Positions 46,421-58,304 of a stretch of DNA of 64,000 bases are shown one piece after another (positions within the stretch are counted from its first letter, which is position 1; each line of letters opens with the position of its first letter). Origin of the DNA: Rhizophagus irregularis (lineage: Eukaryota); assembly GCF_026210795.1 (NCBI RefSeq), contig NC_089429.1, positions 744,001 through 808,000 on the forward strand, given 5' to 3'. Both the position numbers and the translations under genes were made by a program. The notes under the pieces were generated by a model. It made no database searches and was not told the origin of the DNA. It was given only the letters and a program-made list of their open reading frames with translations.

Positions 46421-48596
46421 TTCTTTATTGCAGAAGATGAATTCTTAACGTTTGAAATTAGAACAAAAATAAAGAAAGACACGTGCCATTGGAATAATAA
46501 AAAGAAAGATATCAGCTTAAATATGACATAATTAAACCTAATAGCTTAGAAGGGGAAAAGAACAATGAGTTGTTTAGTGTGGAAATGTGTATTAGAGAAA
46601 TAGATAACACGAAGGCCAACTTACATGGGATATTATTAATGATAATAATAGTTAAAACATTAGCTTGTGTTAAGATAAAAACGGGAAAATTGTTAATAGA
46701 TTTAATAACTGATTTTATTAACGAAGATAGCAGTAGGAAAAATCAAATCATCGAGAGCTTGAATTTTTAGGCTATCTAATACGAGAAAAAAGTTGTTTGA
46801 TAGAATGGGAAGAGTTAAAGAAAGAAAACGATGAAGGAAACAACCTAAGTGCATTTAGCAATAAGGAAGTAGGAATTAAACTTGAATTGATGCAATTAGA
46901 TTTTAACATATATACGTTAAGATGGAATAAAAACATCATATATGGAGATTATAGAAATTATCTCAAAAAATTCAATCAAATCAAGTATAAATCAAGTATT
47001 CTGACGTGTCATTATTTAGAAGACATTTTCTATAGAAATGAGCACCAAGAGATTAATTGGAAAATGGCTTTTGACTTTCTTCAAAGGGGAACTGGAAATA
47101 ATAAAAGATTTACTGACGTCGACGACAACGCGTTAAGGTCGTACAAAATTAAGGATTTTTAAAAATATTGCCGACCTATGAAATTTTGTATGATAGACAA
47201 TGTAATCATGTGATAACTGATATTTGTGCAAGATGCGAAAAAGAAGTGGAGAGTTGGGAACACATATGGAGTTGTAGTGAAAATAGTAAATCAGAATATG
47301 ATGTTCTAATTGACACGTTGATTGAAATAGAAAATAAATATAATACACCGGAAGAAGAGGTTAATTACAAAATTATAAGAACATTGGCAAAAGAGATAGT
47401 TACATTTATGATGGCACCATCAACAATACTAATACTAGGTAATCAAAAGAGAAGTCGTGAAGTGACTAGGGAACTATTTAATGATGGGCTTTACAAAATA
47501 TGTAATGATAAAAGCGAGCGACGGATAATAGAGGAAGTTTGGGGAAAGTTCTATTTAAAAGTGAGACAAGAAATTTGGTTAGATAGATGCAATAAAATTA
47601 ATGAAATAGAAAAAAGTAAAAGTATAACCAAGTTGGATAAAAAACGCAACGTTCAATTTTGCCGATAAATGAAGACGAGGAAAGTACAGCAAATAATGAA
47701 ATGAAAATAAACAAAAAAATATGAAAATGATAAATAAAAAAAATTAAAAAAAGAAATTATAATAGAAAACTTAGTTGGTAATAGCTTACTTATTAATAGG
47801 CCTTTTCAAGAAACGTGGGGTTATGTGCATAGACCGGATTTGTATAATTTATAGTAATTAAATCGTTTTTAGTATATAGTATATAGTATTAATAGTCTAG
47901 TTTTAGTATAGTTTAAGGACCCAGAAATATATATATAGGGGTCAGGTGGCGAAAAATTTTTTTACTATGAGCTGTACGCAGAGACTTTTTATATGAGTAG
48001 TACGCATAATTGACACCTGATATTGAAAATCCTGCAAAAATACGCAAATAAAATTTCAGACATTAAGTTATTAATTATTTTATCATGGCTTCTATATTAT
48101 AAATACTAATGTGAAAAAATAGAATTTACCATTTTTTTAATAATATTTTTCTAAAATTTCACTTTTTAACCCTTAGAAATTTCTTACAATTCGGTTAATT
48201 AAATAAGTACGTACAGTAAATATATTATATATATAAGATTAGCCAAATTTAGGTCAAAAATACGCAAACTAATTTTTTACATATAAAAAATTTGATAAAA
48301 AATACGCAATCTTGATGACCTAACTATAGATGAAAAATTCTAAAATTGTACGCAAATCAAAACTTTACTCCGTCTAATTCCACTATGATGGCGACGCATC
48401 TGTGTACCCTACCCCTGTATATATATTTCTGGGTCCTATAGTTTAAGTATTAATTTTGTATTAATACTTTCATAAATAATATGGAGTTAGTAGATACTAG
48501 TATTATATACTAAGTATTCATATTAATTTATAGATTGTATAATGCAATAAAATAAATAAAAGAATGCGCGTTACTAACAAAAAAAAATAAAAAAAA
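46421..48596 (+). mobile_element. 5'-truncated, decayed non-LTR retrotransposon (LINE): RNase H-like remnant + zf-RVT-like zinc finger, A-rich tail
   Basis: 17-bp TSD TAAATTTATTTACTTCT at 46404-46420 and 48597-48613; CARCEKEVESWEHIWSC and a downstream IW..R motif typical of LINE ORF2 C-termini; interrupting stops at 46770 and 47162. Confidence 0.85.
47917..48436. mobile_element. Mutator-like MITE inserted in the LINE 3' UTR
   Basis: TIR GGACCCAGAAATATATATATAGGGGT / ACCCCTGTATATATATTTCTGGGTCC; perfect 10-bp TSD TATAGTTTAA at 47907-47916 and 48437-48446; internal TACGCA repeats. Confidence 0.9.
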
Positions 48597-49297
48597 TAAA
48601 TTTATTTACTTCTCTAATAAATGCCATGTGGTGAAACTATAATTACAGTCCAAATATATTATTTTATTTTACAATAATAATATCGATCAGTTGAATAAGA
48701 AAATAACGATCAATGAAAGTCTGATGAATATAATTTTGAATATATGTTATTTCTCATATATATAATATAATTCACAAATTTTAAATAAGTAAATAAATAA
48801 AGAACCCTATAAACAATTCTCATAAAATATAAAATATTACAAAAAAGCTCGGCACGATCGGTAAATCTACGCAAGCCGAATAAAATTTCCAGGAATATTC
48901 TAAATTTACATATATTGTAAAAGTTTTATTTAACTTCTGTTTCGATCACAAAACTTTTCTAAATTACTAACTTTCAAATAAAAAAATATATACCGAACGG
49001 GATGATCAATATATCTATATAGAAAGCTGTATATGTACGTTTAAGGAGTTTTATTTATTTATTTATTTAAATGTTTATTCATTTATTCATTATCCATTTA
49101 TCCACTTTACTTTTGTAGTTTAGAATCATTTATAATCATTACGACACATGTGTTACAATCCATACTCCTCAGTGTCAAATGATTAAATGATCGACAAACA
49201 GACGGATAAATATTGAAATGTTACCCGATGCCGATGCCTGACGCTTTTCTTTTTTCCTGAAATCCTTTTTTTCCTTTGACTTCTTTTTATAATAGAA

Positions 49298-50944
49298 ATG
49301 GCATGCTCAAAAATATTTTCAGGAGATTTACCTGAATTAACGAGTGAAATTATCGAATATTTTCGATACGATTTTTCAACACTATATTCATGTATTTTGG
49401 TTAATAGATTATTTTGTCGTGTAGCGATTCCGTCATTATGGGAGGATCCATTTTCAATTACTACTGAAAATTATAATTTTATTAATATTTACTTAAGTAA
49501 TTTAAATGATGATGATAAAACAAAATTAAATGAATATGGAATTGATAAAAATTTAATTCCTTCAAATACTTTATTTAATTATCCTAATTATATTAAATCT
49601 TTAAATATTCAAATCAATTATTATATTGAATTATGGGTTAAAAATTTTAATAATAATTATTCCATAAAATATACATTTCCTTCAAATTCTACAATATTAA
49701 TTTATAAATCATTATTTAAAATATTTATTGAAAATGGAGCAACTTTACATACTTTTGATGTAATTTCATATGTACATCATGAATATTTAAATGAAACTTT
49801 TGAATTAATTTTAAAAAATCCAAATTTTATTCGTAATATTAAAAATTTAAAACTTCAAGGAATTACAAATTTACCAAAATTTAATTCATTACTTTCATTA
49901 TTAAATTCAAATTGTAATTTAATTTCAACTTTACATTTTCAATTTAATGATGATTTATTAATTTCTTCTAGTATAATTAATTCACAAAAAAATCTTAAAA
50001 AAATATTATATAAATATAATGATTTTCCTTCAAATTATTCATTATTATCATTAAAAGATTCTAATTGTTCAAATACTTTAAAAACTATTATATTTCATGA
50101 AACTGATTTTAAAGATATAAATATATTAAAAGAAGTATTTGAACAATTAAATTGTTTAGAATCTATTCATATTCTTTATTGTCGTTCTTTAAATTCTCAT
50201 TTTATTCAACAAATTGTTAATATTACTAAACCTTTTAAATTAAGATCTTTATTTTTAAATGAACCAATTGAATCTTTACAATTATTAATACAAAAATCTA
50301 ATAATTATTTAGAAAATATTGGTTTTAGAACTTTTATTATAAATGATCAAAATAATAGACAATTGGTTGAGAAAATTTTATCAAATTGTAGAAAAATCAA
50401 TTTTTTTGATTTCTCTTATATTCATACATCAGATCATATTTATCAAACTTTTGATTTAATTAAAAATGTTGGACAAAATCTTAATTATCTTTCAATTGAA
50501 TTTGATTTTACTCATACTAATACTATTAAATTAAGTTCAATTATATTAAAAAAATTAGGACAAATTCTTCCTTTAAAATTAGAATATTTGAAATTATCAT
50601 TAGTAATTTATACAACTGATTTTAAAACTTTTTTAGATAATTCTCAAAATATTTTTATTAAAAAATTAGTTATTAAAAATATAATATTACAAAGTAATTT
50701 ATTTGAAAAAATTAAGAAATTTGTTATCAAAAATACAAATCAAGATATTTTACCTTATATAGAAGAATATATTATTAAAAAGAAAAGAGTTAAATATTTA
50801 GCTTTTAAAGAAGATTATATGGGATTAAGAGATTTATTTTTATTGAAAGATCAAGTGAAGAAATTCGAATTATATGATATTAAAGTTCAAAAATATGATG
50901 ATTTAAATATTTATTTGTATAAATATATAGAAGAAACCTATTAA
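49298..50944 (+). CDS. F-box/LRR protein, subfamily A, 548 aa
   Basis: MACSKIFSGDLPELTSEIIEYF...; intact; C-terminus YKYIEETY shared with 42561. Confidence 0.88.
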   Translation: MACSKIFSGDLPELTSEIIEYFRYDFSTLYSCILVNRLFCRVAIPSLWEDPFSITTENYNFINIYLSNLNDDDKTKLNEYGIDKNLIPSNTLFNYPNYIKSLNIQINYYIELWVKNFNNNYSIKYTFPSNSTILIYKSLFKIFIENGATLHTFDVISYVHHEYLNETFELILKNPNFIRNIKNLKLQGITNLPKFNSLLSLLNSNCNLISTLHFQFNDDLLISSSIINSQKNLKKILYKYNDFPSNYSLLSLKDSNCSNTLKTIIFHETDFKDINILKEVFEQLNCLESIHILYCRSLNSHFIQQIVNITKPFKLRSLFLNEPIESLQLLIQKSNNYLENIGFRTFIINDQNNRQLVEKILSNCRKINFFDFSYIHTSDHIYQTFDLIKNVGQNLNYLSIEFDFTHTNTIKLSSIILKKLGQILPLKLEYLKLSLVIYTTDFKTFLDNSQNIFIKKLVIKNIILQSNLFEKIKKFVIKNTNQDILPYIEEYIIKKKRVKYLAFKEDYMGLRDLFLLKDQVKKFELYDIKVQKYDDLNIYLYKYIEETY

Positions 50945-51979
50945 ATTATAAATAAAATTATAATATGAGGGAAAAAATATGTTATACTATCCAAATTCCA
51001 AATGCACATTAGTAAAATGTTATTTTATAATTTCGGTACGCTTTTCTTCCGGAAATCTTTCGTTAAAAGAAGTACAATTTTAATATTAAATTTTTTGAAC
51101 TTGACAATATTACTTATCATTCTTTTATTGTAATTTGATGCTCAATGCCAAAACTTGAGAAATTTTATTTAATTAATTAGTATATTGTTATACAAATATA
51201 ACATTTGTTTCCATTAATTTAATGACAGTCTAATAACGGCATGCGAGACGTTATTCTGTGTGCGACAGTTTTTTTCAATATTTTTATATAGTACAATCTT
51301 GTTCGAGCGCGCACTTGTGAATTATTCAGCATGAATTCGGAAATTTACGCGGCAATGCACAACATGTTTCCTTAGAAAAAATTTTTTACTTCAACATTAA
51401 TTCTGAAGAGATTATTATTTCTGATCAATAAATAAATTGTTTTATTTTTTTTATTTATTTTTCTTTATTAGTATTAAGCTGTCTATTATACATTTTGTAA
51501 TTTAATTTTTTTGTAATTCCTATAATTTCATTATTATATAAAACTATAAATGAATACTCCGATTGATAATTATCGTTCGGTCATAGCGTCATAGCGTTAT
51601 AGGAATACTGCGGAGACCAATATAAAATCGATCATCATAATCATCGACATAATTCTGACATAATTTCATAATTTCGATTAACTTAATTTGTTTCACAAAA
51701 ATACATATATAGTGTACGCTCTACATTTATTTATTTTTTTTTTTTTACATTTCTTTCTAAAATTTAAATACGTCAAAATTAATAAATATTATTTTTCCAA
51801 TAACTTTCTTTCTTACCTCCTCATTAACAATTATATCATCATTAATCTTTTCTTTGAAATTCATTAGCGATTTATGTAAATTATTTAGAGGAAAAGCAAA
51901 ATTCTTTGAAGCAAATAAATTCACTCAAACGAAATAAAATTAACTTTTAATTATTTTAAACATCAAATAATAATTTGTA

Positions 51980-53513
51980 ATGTCACGAGATATTGGTAAA
52001 CTGTCTCAATCAATGCCACCAGTAAAATCTGGATTCTGGCTCTGGACAGATATATATAAGCAAAATCCAAATGACTTTTTAAGTAAAGAGCGACCTCGCG
52101 ATAAATGCTTCATATGTAGTAATAAATACCCTGAGCATTCTGTAACCATCCCAACAGCATATGATTGTGAAAAATGCTATCAGGCAATTATTGAAGAAGA
52201 TTTTAAAAATTGGACAAGTGGTTACCAAGAAATTGATATGGTTATTAGACAATCACAATTAAATTCCAGGAAATCAAATTATATGTTTCTTGAAGTTTTC
52301 CCTTTTAATTTTGGGCAATTGGAGGTGATTGGAAGTGGTGGATTTTCAACCGTTTACTTAGGAATAATCCCAGAATCTCGATATTGGAGACAATACCAGT
52401 ATAATCATGTAGTTCTCAAATCTATTTTGAAATCAAACTCGAATATTATCACAAATTTGGCCAAAGAGGTATTTTAGTTCATGTTGCGAACAAATATTAT
52501 GAATTTTATTCTAAACAAAGATTTAACACATTTTTATAAAAATCTAGCTTGAGGTTAATTCTAAGATTAATGAAGATTTCGTTCCAAGATATTATGGGAT
52601 AACACAAAATCCAGATAATGGTCAATACATGATTGTGATGCAATATGTAGCTTATGGGGATTTACGTCGATATTTACAAGCTCCAGAGACGTTCATTAGC
52701 TGGAAACATGCAATTTATTTATCTCGATGTATCATGGAATCACTGTATAAAATTCATGATCGTGGTTTTATACATAAAAACTTTCATACTGGCAACATAC
52801 TGATCGATCATACAAAAAGACCATTAATTTCCGGTTTAGGGTTCACTTCTTTTATCGAATCAGACGAAGTAATCGGCGTCATGCCATATATTGCTCCAGA
52901 AATCTTTGACCTTAAACCATATACTCAAGCGGCGGATATATACAGTTTTGCCATGATTATGTGGGAATTCTCATCACTACAACCACCCTTTGGTAAATTT
53001 GCACATGATCACTATTTGTTAATTGATATTTGTAGAAACCACTTGCGACCTACCATTACAAATGCAACACCCAGGTGCTGGATTGATCTTATGCAACAAT
53101 GTTGGGAACCCGATCCAACAAAACGTCCAACCGTGTTACAAGTATTAGAAAAACTTGAATTATGGTATCAGAGTTATGATAATAATATATTAACAGAAAA
53201 TATTAAACAATTTTTTATTTGTGATGAAGAACGATATAAATTTTATAGCATGGAAAGAGAGAAGATTGAAGAACATTATTCGACGCATCCACAAGCAATT
53301 TATAAAAGTAGATCCATGTCTTATTATATTAGTCTTATACAATCTAATCAAATTGGTTGGAATGATGAGCTCGAAAGAAAACCATTTGATAATTCATTAA
53401 ATTCTTCAAAAAAAAGATTATACCCAAATGTCGAACCAGAATCAAATGAAATTGACATAACGCAACAGATTGATGGTTCTCATTTATCAAAAAGAAGATT
53501 ATACTCAATATAA
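51980..53513 (+). CDS. TKL-like kinase-fold protein, predicted pseudokinase; exons 51980-52468 and 52548-53513, ~484 aa
   Basis: CxxC pairs, NWTSG, GSGGFSTVY, VVLK, GVMPYIAPE, DIYSF; phase-0 GT-AG intron. Catalytic loop is HKNFHTGN and the DFG position is SGLG. Confidence 0.85.
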
Positions 53514-55784
53514 GAAAAATCAGAACGGGTTGAAATGGGAATAGCATAATACAACAAATTGATGGAATTTCATGTAATTCTAATTTACCAATATTCGGAT
53601 AAACAAGAAAAATCTGAATCGGAGAAAAATGAAGCTGACATAGCGTAACAAATTGATGGTATTTCGCTAAATTCTCCTCTTTGTAAAAAGGTTCGTCACA
53701 CATAATATTTTAAAACGTTTAATTTACAATTCTTATATTTAAATAGTTACCAATCTTTCGTGTTTCAAATAAAAAAAAAATATTTATCGTAGGATAAAAA
53801 ACAGGTCCTGCATTTTCCCTATTTTATCTTATTTGTACCTTAGTAATATATGTATTCCGCGAAGTTCCCATCAAAAGATCTTCAAAACAAATATTCTTTT
53901 TTTGATCACGATCTACTCATACGTTTAAAGAAATACTTTGAGTGAAATTTTAAATAATCCTAATCCATAATAATTAATCATTAATCATTATTGAGCAGAG
54001 TAGCGTCCCACCTTGCGAACTTATTCTTATTTATATTATAATAATTTATTTATTTATTATATATAAATTTATATATATTTTTATATTTATATTTTTATTA
54101 TGTAATTTGTAATGGAATATGAAAAACAATTTCTTTTTTAATTAAAATTAATTTAATTTAATTCGAAAAGGTAATCGATGAGCTCCCAGTGACCAATTTT
54201 AAACAATCCTACAGCCGCAATATAATTGATCATTACCGTCTTAGGAAATATTGAGGCTTATTGACCTCCTTAGACCGCAGTTATTAAAATGTTCATTCAT
54301 TTAAAACGTAATGTATATAAATATAGGATGATAAAATTTATTTTTACCATGAAAATTCAAATAAAACACTTGCTTTTTTGGTTGGAGCTGCTTGACCAAA
54401 ATAGGAAAAAATTTCAGTGAAAATTTATTCTTAGAATAGCCAATCTGCTTAAATATAGATTAAGGATTTCTACTGATCTAATCACAAGTATATGATTTTA
54501 ATGATTTTCCCATGAGAGAAATTATCTATAAAATCGCTTTCTTTCTCATTAGGATTTTTAGTTTTTGAAATTTTTTTTCCTTTAATATTCAAATACTTTT
54601 TAAATTTTTTTTTTTTTATAAAACCGATACGTGTAATCTAATAATCACCAAACACGTTTTACAATTAAAGAAAAAATTTTCATATTCTCTTTACTTCTTT
54701 ATCTTCTTATACATTACTCAGTTCATATAAAATATCATGCAACTCGACACCGAGTTTTGATGACTCGCGTAAACATATTCTTTTTTTAGTTGTTGTCTAT
54801 TATTGTACAAAATTGTCGTCCCATCACTTCCATGGTTCATTTTTTTATAGCAACGATCACATTATTGTTATCCAAATTGAAGACAACATCAATATAAGAG
54901 TTGAAAGGGTGAATGATGATGTTGCGATATATATTTCGTAAATGATCAAGGTGATAGAATACGTATTTCTCTGGGAATTACTGTAAGAAATGTAACAAAC
55001 AACACAATTATAAGACCTTCAAGACATGGCAGGTGGTTTTATTTAATCACATGGGTTTCAAGTTACGTAATATACCGTGATAATGAACATATTATATCTA
55101 TCCGTCAATAATCAAAACAGCAAGCCGTAAGTGGGAATGATGATTTTATTTTTATACTACTGATAGTGAGGACAGTAGAAGTGATGTTGACGATAATGAG
55201 AATGGTAGTATCAATGATAACGATGAGATATAAATGCCATAGTATAACTAGGGAAGACTTATAGTATGATTAACGTCGATTGGTTTCAGCCATTTGAAAG
55301 AACGGTTCACAGTTCTGGTGCTGATGATGATGAAGACGGTGGTGGTAGTGACAATCATGAGGATGATGGAGACAGTGCATGGGAAGAAATTAATCCAAAA
55401 TAATAGCAATAAAATTGATAGGATTATCATGCAAGGAAATAGGATATTGAGAATAGGAGATTGGGCTATACGATCAAGTAGGCCCAATACTCAAGGGGGA
55501 TCTATCCTATTACACTCAAATTACGGAGATTTCAAGTAACATTACTTGAGAATACTTACATGTTTGATGGATTTTTCATGAGTAAATATGAGTAAGGTGA
55601 TTATGAGTACAATAATTAGGTTAAATTTGTTGTCGTAATTTCAACATATCACACTAATATATAATTTTCTTTATTACATATGCCAATTTATTAGCTAACA
55701 ATCAAACGCAGTTACAAATACAAAATGATCAAGGCATAAACTTTGCTTTACCAAACATTATGAAGACATATCCAAGATAACTAA

Positions 55785-56496
55785 GATACGAGAGTAAATG
55801 ATGGAGAAATTATTGTAGAACATATTGAGAAATACGGTGGTCATTTTGGAAAAGTAATTAGGATAAACAAAATTAAATACATCCTTATTTACTTCAATAA
55901 CGAGAATGAAATGATGAATACAATTTATAAGTCAGCAATGGAAGACAAATTAGGAGCAGGATTTCAAATAAAAAGTCAAGATGAGCTTATCATGAATGAC
56001 GGCAAGTTTAGGACCAGGAGGATTCTCAAGACAAAGTAAAAGAATAATATCATTGCGAATAATCCTACGGAGGATGAACAATATTATGAAGCAATGGATA
56101 GTCTAGCGGGTCTGATGGGTCCGGATAATGATGTAGTTAAAAATTTTATAATTGAATGAAAATTTAGTGATAGAATTAACGAGATTAATAGCAAACAAGT
56201 AGTATAAACAGGTAAAGATAAGATTAATGAATTAGAAAATACAGATATTTTAAATGGTAACAAGAAAGGATTGTGCAAATACAAGGTGCAAGAGATGGTA
56301 GTGATAATGAGTAAGTATGTTGATGGGATACAATGCTATGCGATATAAAACAGTCTCAAAATTAGTTTAAGTTTTATAGTATATATTCAAATTTGTATAT
56401 TTTTTTTCGTTTTTCCTTTATATTTTATTGATATGATGCTTTTGCGTCTATTTTATAATCATTTATGATGTATAAATTTTTATAATACAAAAAAAA
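55785..56496 (+). mobile_element. 5'-truncated diverged relative of the 13729 retroposon
   Basis: Frame 55785-56039 reads ...YGGHFGKVIRINKIKYILIYFNNENEMM..., vs ORF B YRATFGKIIRVNGIRYIILYFSTEDILM; A-tract at ~56489-56496. Confidence 0.7.
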
Positions 56497-56657
56497 TTAT
56501 TAGATATCCAAATCTCAGATTATGAGAATCAATTGCATATAATCCACAATCTTTAGCATTGATCGATACTCTAGAGGTTTTCCATATTTTACAGTACATT
56601 AAAAAATTAAAATACAACTTCAATCTTTTAAATTTTACAGATCTTTATTTATTCATA

Positions 56658-58304
56658 TTAAAAATAATTATCTATAAAAATATATGGACTAGAATGTAAG
56701 TCATGGAATTCTTTAACTATAATATTATGTAATTTAAATTCATTTACTTCGTTTCTTAAAGTAAATAAAAATTCATTATCTATATTATTATTATTAGTAA
56801 TAGCCAAATATTTAACCCTTTCCCTCTTTATAATATATTTCTTTATACAAAATAAAATTTTCTTACCTAAACGACCCACAATATCACTAATTAATAATTT
56901 CTTAATAAAAGTATTTTGTGAATTTTTTAAAAATATTTCCAGATCGCTTATGGTAAATGAAAGGGATAAACATAAATATTCTAATTTAGAAGGAAGAACC
57001 TGTCCTAAATTCTGTAATACAATTGAACTTAATTCCTCATAATCAGTATTATAAGTATTTGCTTCAATAGTAAGATAATTAATATTATTTTGATTATTTT
57101 CAATGAATAAATAAATAATATTATCATCAGGTATTCCCGATTCAAAATATCTAATATTTTTACAATATTTTGTAATAAATTCAAATAATTGTCGTTTTGG
57201 TTCATTATATTCATTAAACATCATAGATGCAAATCCAAAATTTTCTAGGCAATCACTAAATTTCTGTAATAGCAATTGTAATGATTCAAAATGTAATATC
57301 TTATTAATAAACAAAGATCTTAATTTAAAAGGGTTATTAACCTTAATAATTTGTTGAACAAAATCAGAATTTAAAGAATTACAATAAAGAATATGAATAG
57401 ATTCTAAAACATTCAATTGATCAAAAACTTCTTGTAAAATACTAATTATATTTTTAAAATCAATGAAATAAAATATAATTGTATTTAAAGTATTTGAACA
57501 ATTAGAATTTTTTAATGTTAAAAATGGATTATATAAATTAACAAAAGATCCAAATGAAATTTTTTTAAGATTATTTTGTGAAATATATATTTGTGTTAGA
57601 CATTTTTCACTTATTAATGAATAATCATCACCATAATTAGGAAAATCTAAAGCCATTGATGAGATTGAGTTGCAATTAGAATATAAAAATTTCAATAATT
57701 TAATAATATTTTGATTATTATAATTATAAATACGGAATGTTAAATTTCTAATATTATGTGTAAGGTTTGGATTTTGTAAAATCAAGTCTATACTCTTATT
57801 AAAATAATTAACATCATAACATATAGGCAGTATAACTTCAAAAGAATGTAAATTTCCTTCATTTTCAATAAACATTTCAAGTAATGACCCATAAATTAAG
57901 TTTACTAGTTCTTGATTTTTACCCACTACGGTATAAACCCACGTTTGAACAGAATTTAAAATTTTATCTATATTCAAGTATTTAATAAAACTAGGATAAT
58001 TGAATAATAATGTATTTGAAATTATTAAATTATTATTAACTCCATATTCATATAATTTTGTTTTGATATCTTCATTTAATTTACTTAAGTAAATTTCAAT
58101 AAAGTGGTAATTTGTGGGATGTATCTTTGAAAATAGATACTTTTTTGGAAACGGATCTTCCCATAATAATGGAATGGCTAAACGACACCATAATCTATTA
58201 ATTAAAATGCATGAATACAATGTTGAAAAATCTTTTCTAAAATACTGTATAATTTCATTTGTTAATTCTGGTAAATCTCCTGAAAATATTTTTGAGCATG
58301 CCAT
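56658..58304 (-). CDS. F-box/LRR protein, subfamily A (ATG at 58304, MACSKIF...)
   Basis: LPELTNEIIQYF...LWEDPF followed by LRR-like repeats; intact ORF. Confidence 0.88.
   Translation of the reverse strand: MACSKIFSGDLPELTNEIIQYFRKDFSTLYSCILINRLWCRLAIPLLWEDPFPKKYLFSKIHPTNYHFIEIYLSKLNEDIKTKLYEYGVNNNLIISNTLLFNYPSFIKYLNIDKILNSVQTWVYTVVGKNQELVNLIYGSLLEMFIENEGNLHSFEVILPICYDVNYFNKSIDLILQNPNLTHNIRNLTFRIYNYNNQNIIKLLKFLYSNCNSISSMALDFPNYGDDYSLISEKCLTQIYISQNNLKKISFGSFVNLYNPFLTLKNSNCSNTLNTIIFYFIDFKNIISILQEVFDQLNVLESIHILYCNSLNSDFVQQIIKVNNPFKLRSLFINKILHFESLQLLLQKFSDCLENFGFASMMFNEYNEPKRQLFEFITKYCKNIRYFESGIPDDNIIYLFIENNQNNINYLTIEANTYNTDYEELSSIVLQNLGQVLPSKLEYLCLSLSFTISDLEIFLKNSQNTFIKKLLISDIVGRLGKKILFCIKKYIIKRERVKYLAITNNNNIDNEFLFTLRNEVNEFKLHNIIVKEFHDLHSSPYIFIDNYF

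Noticed and set aside
53994..54005. AGCAGAGTAGCG resembling an initiator tRNA 5' end
   Set aside because: Only 12 nt; no cloverleaf follows.
54870..55560. Broken coding-like and Asp-rich region
   Set aside because: Looks like a pseudogene but cannot be assigned to a family by eye.
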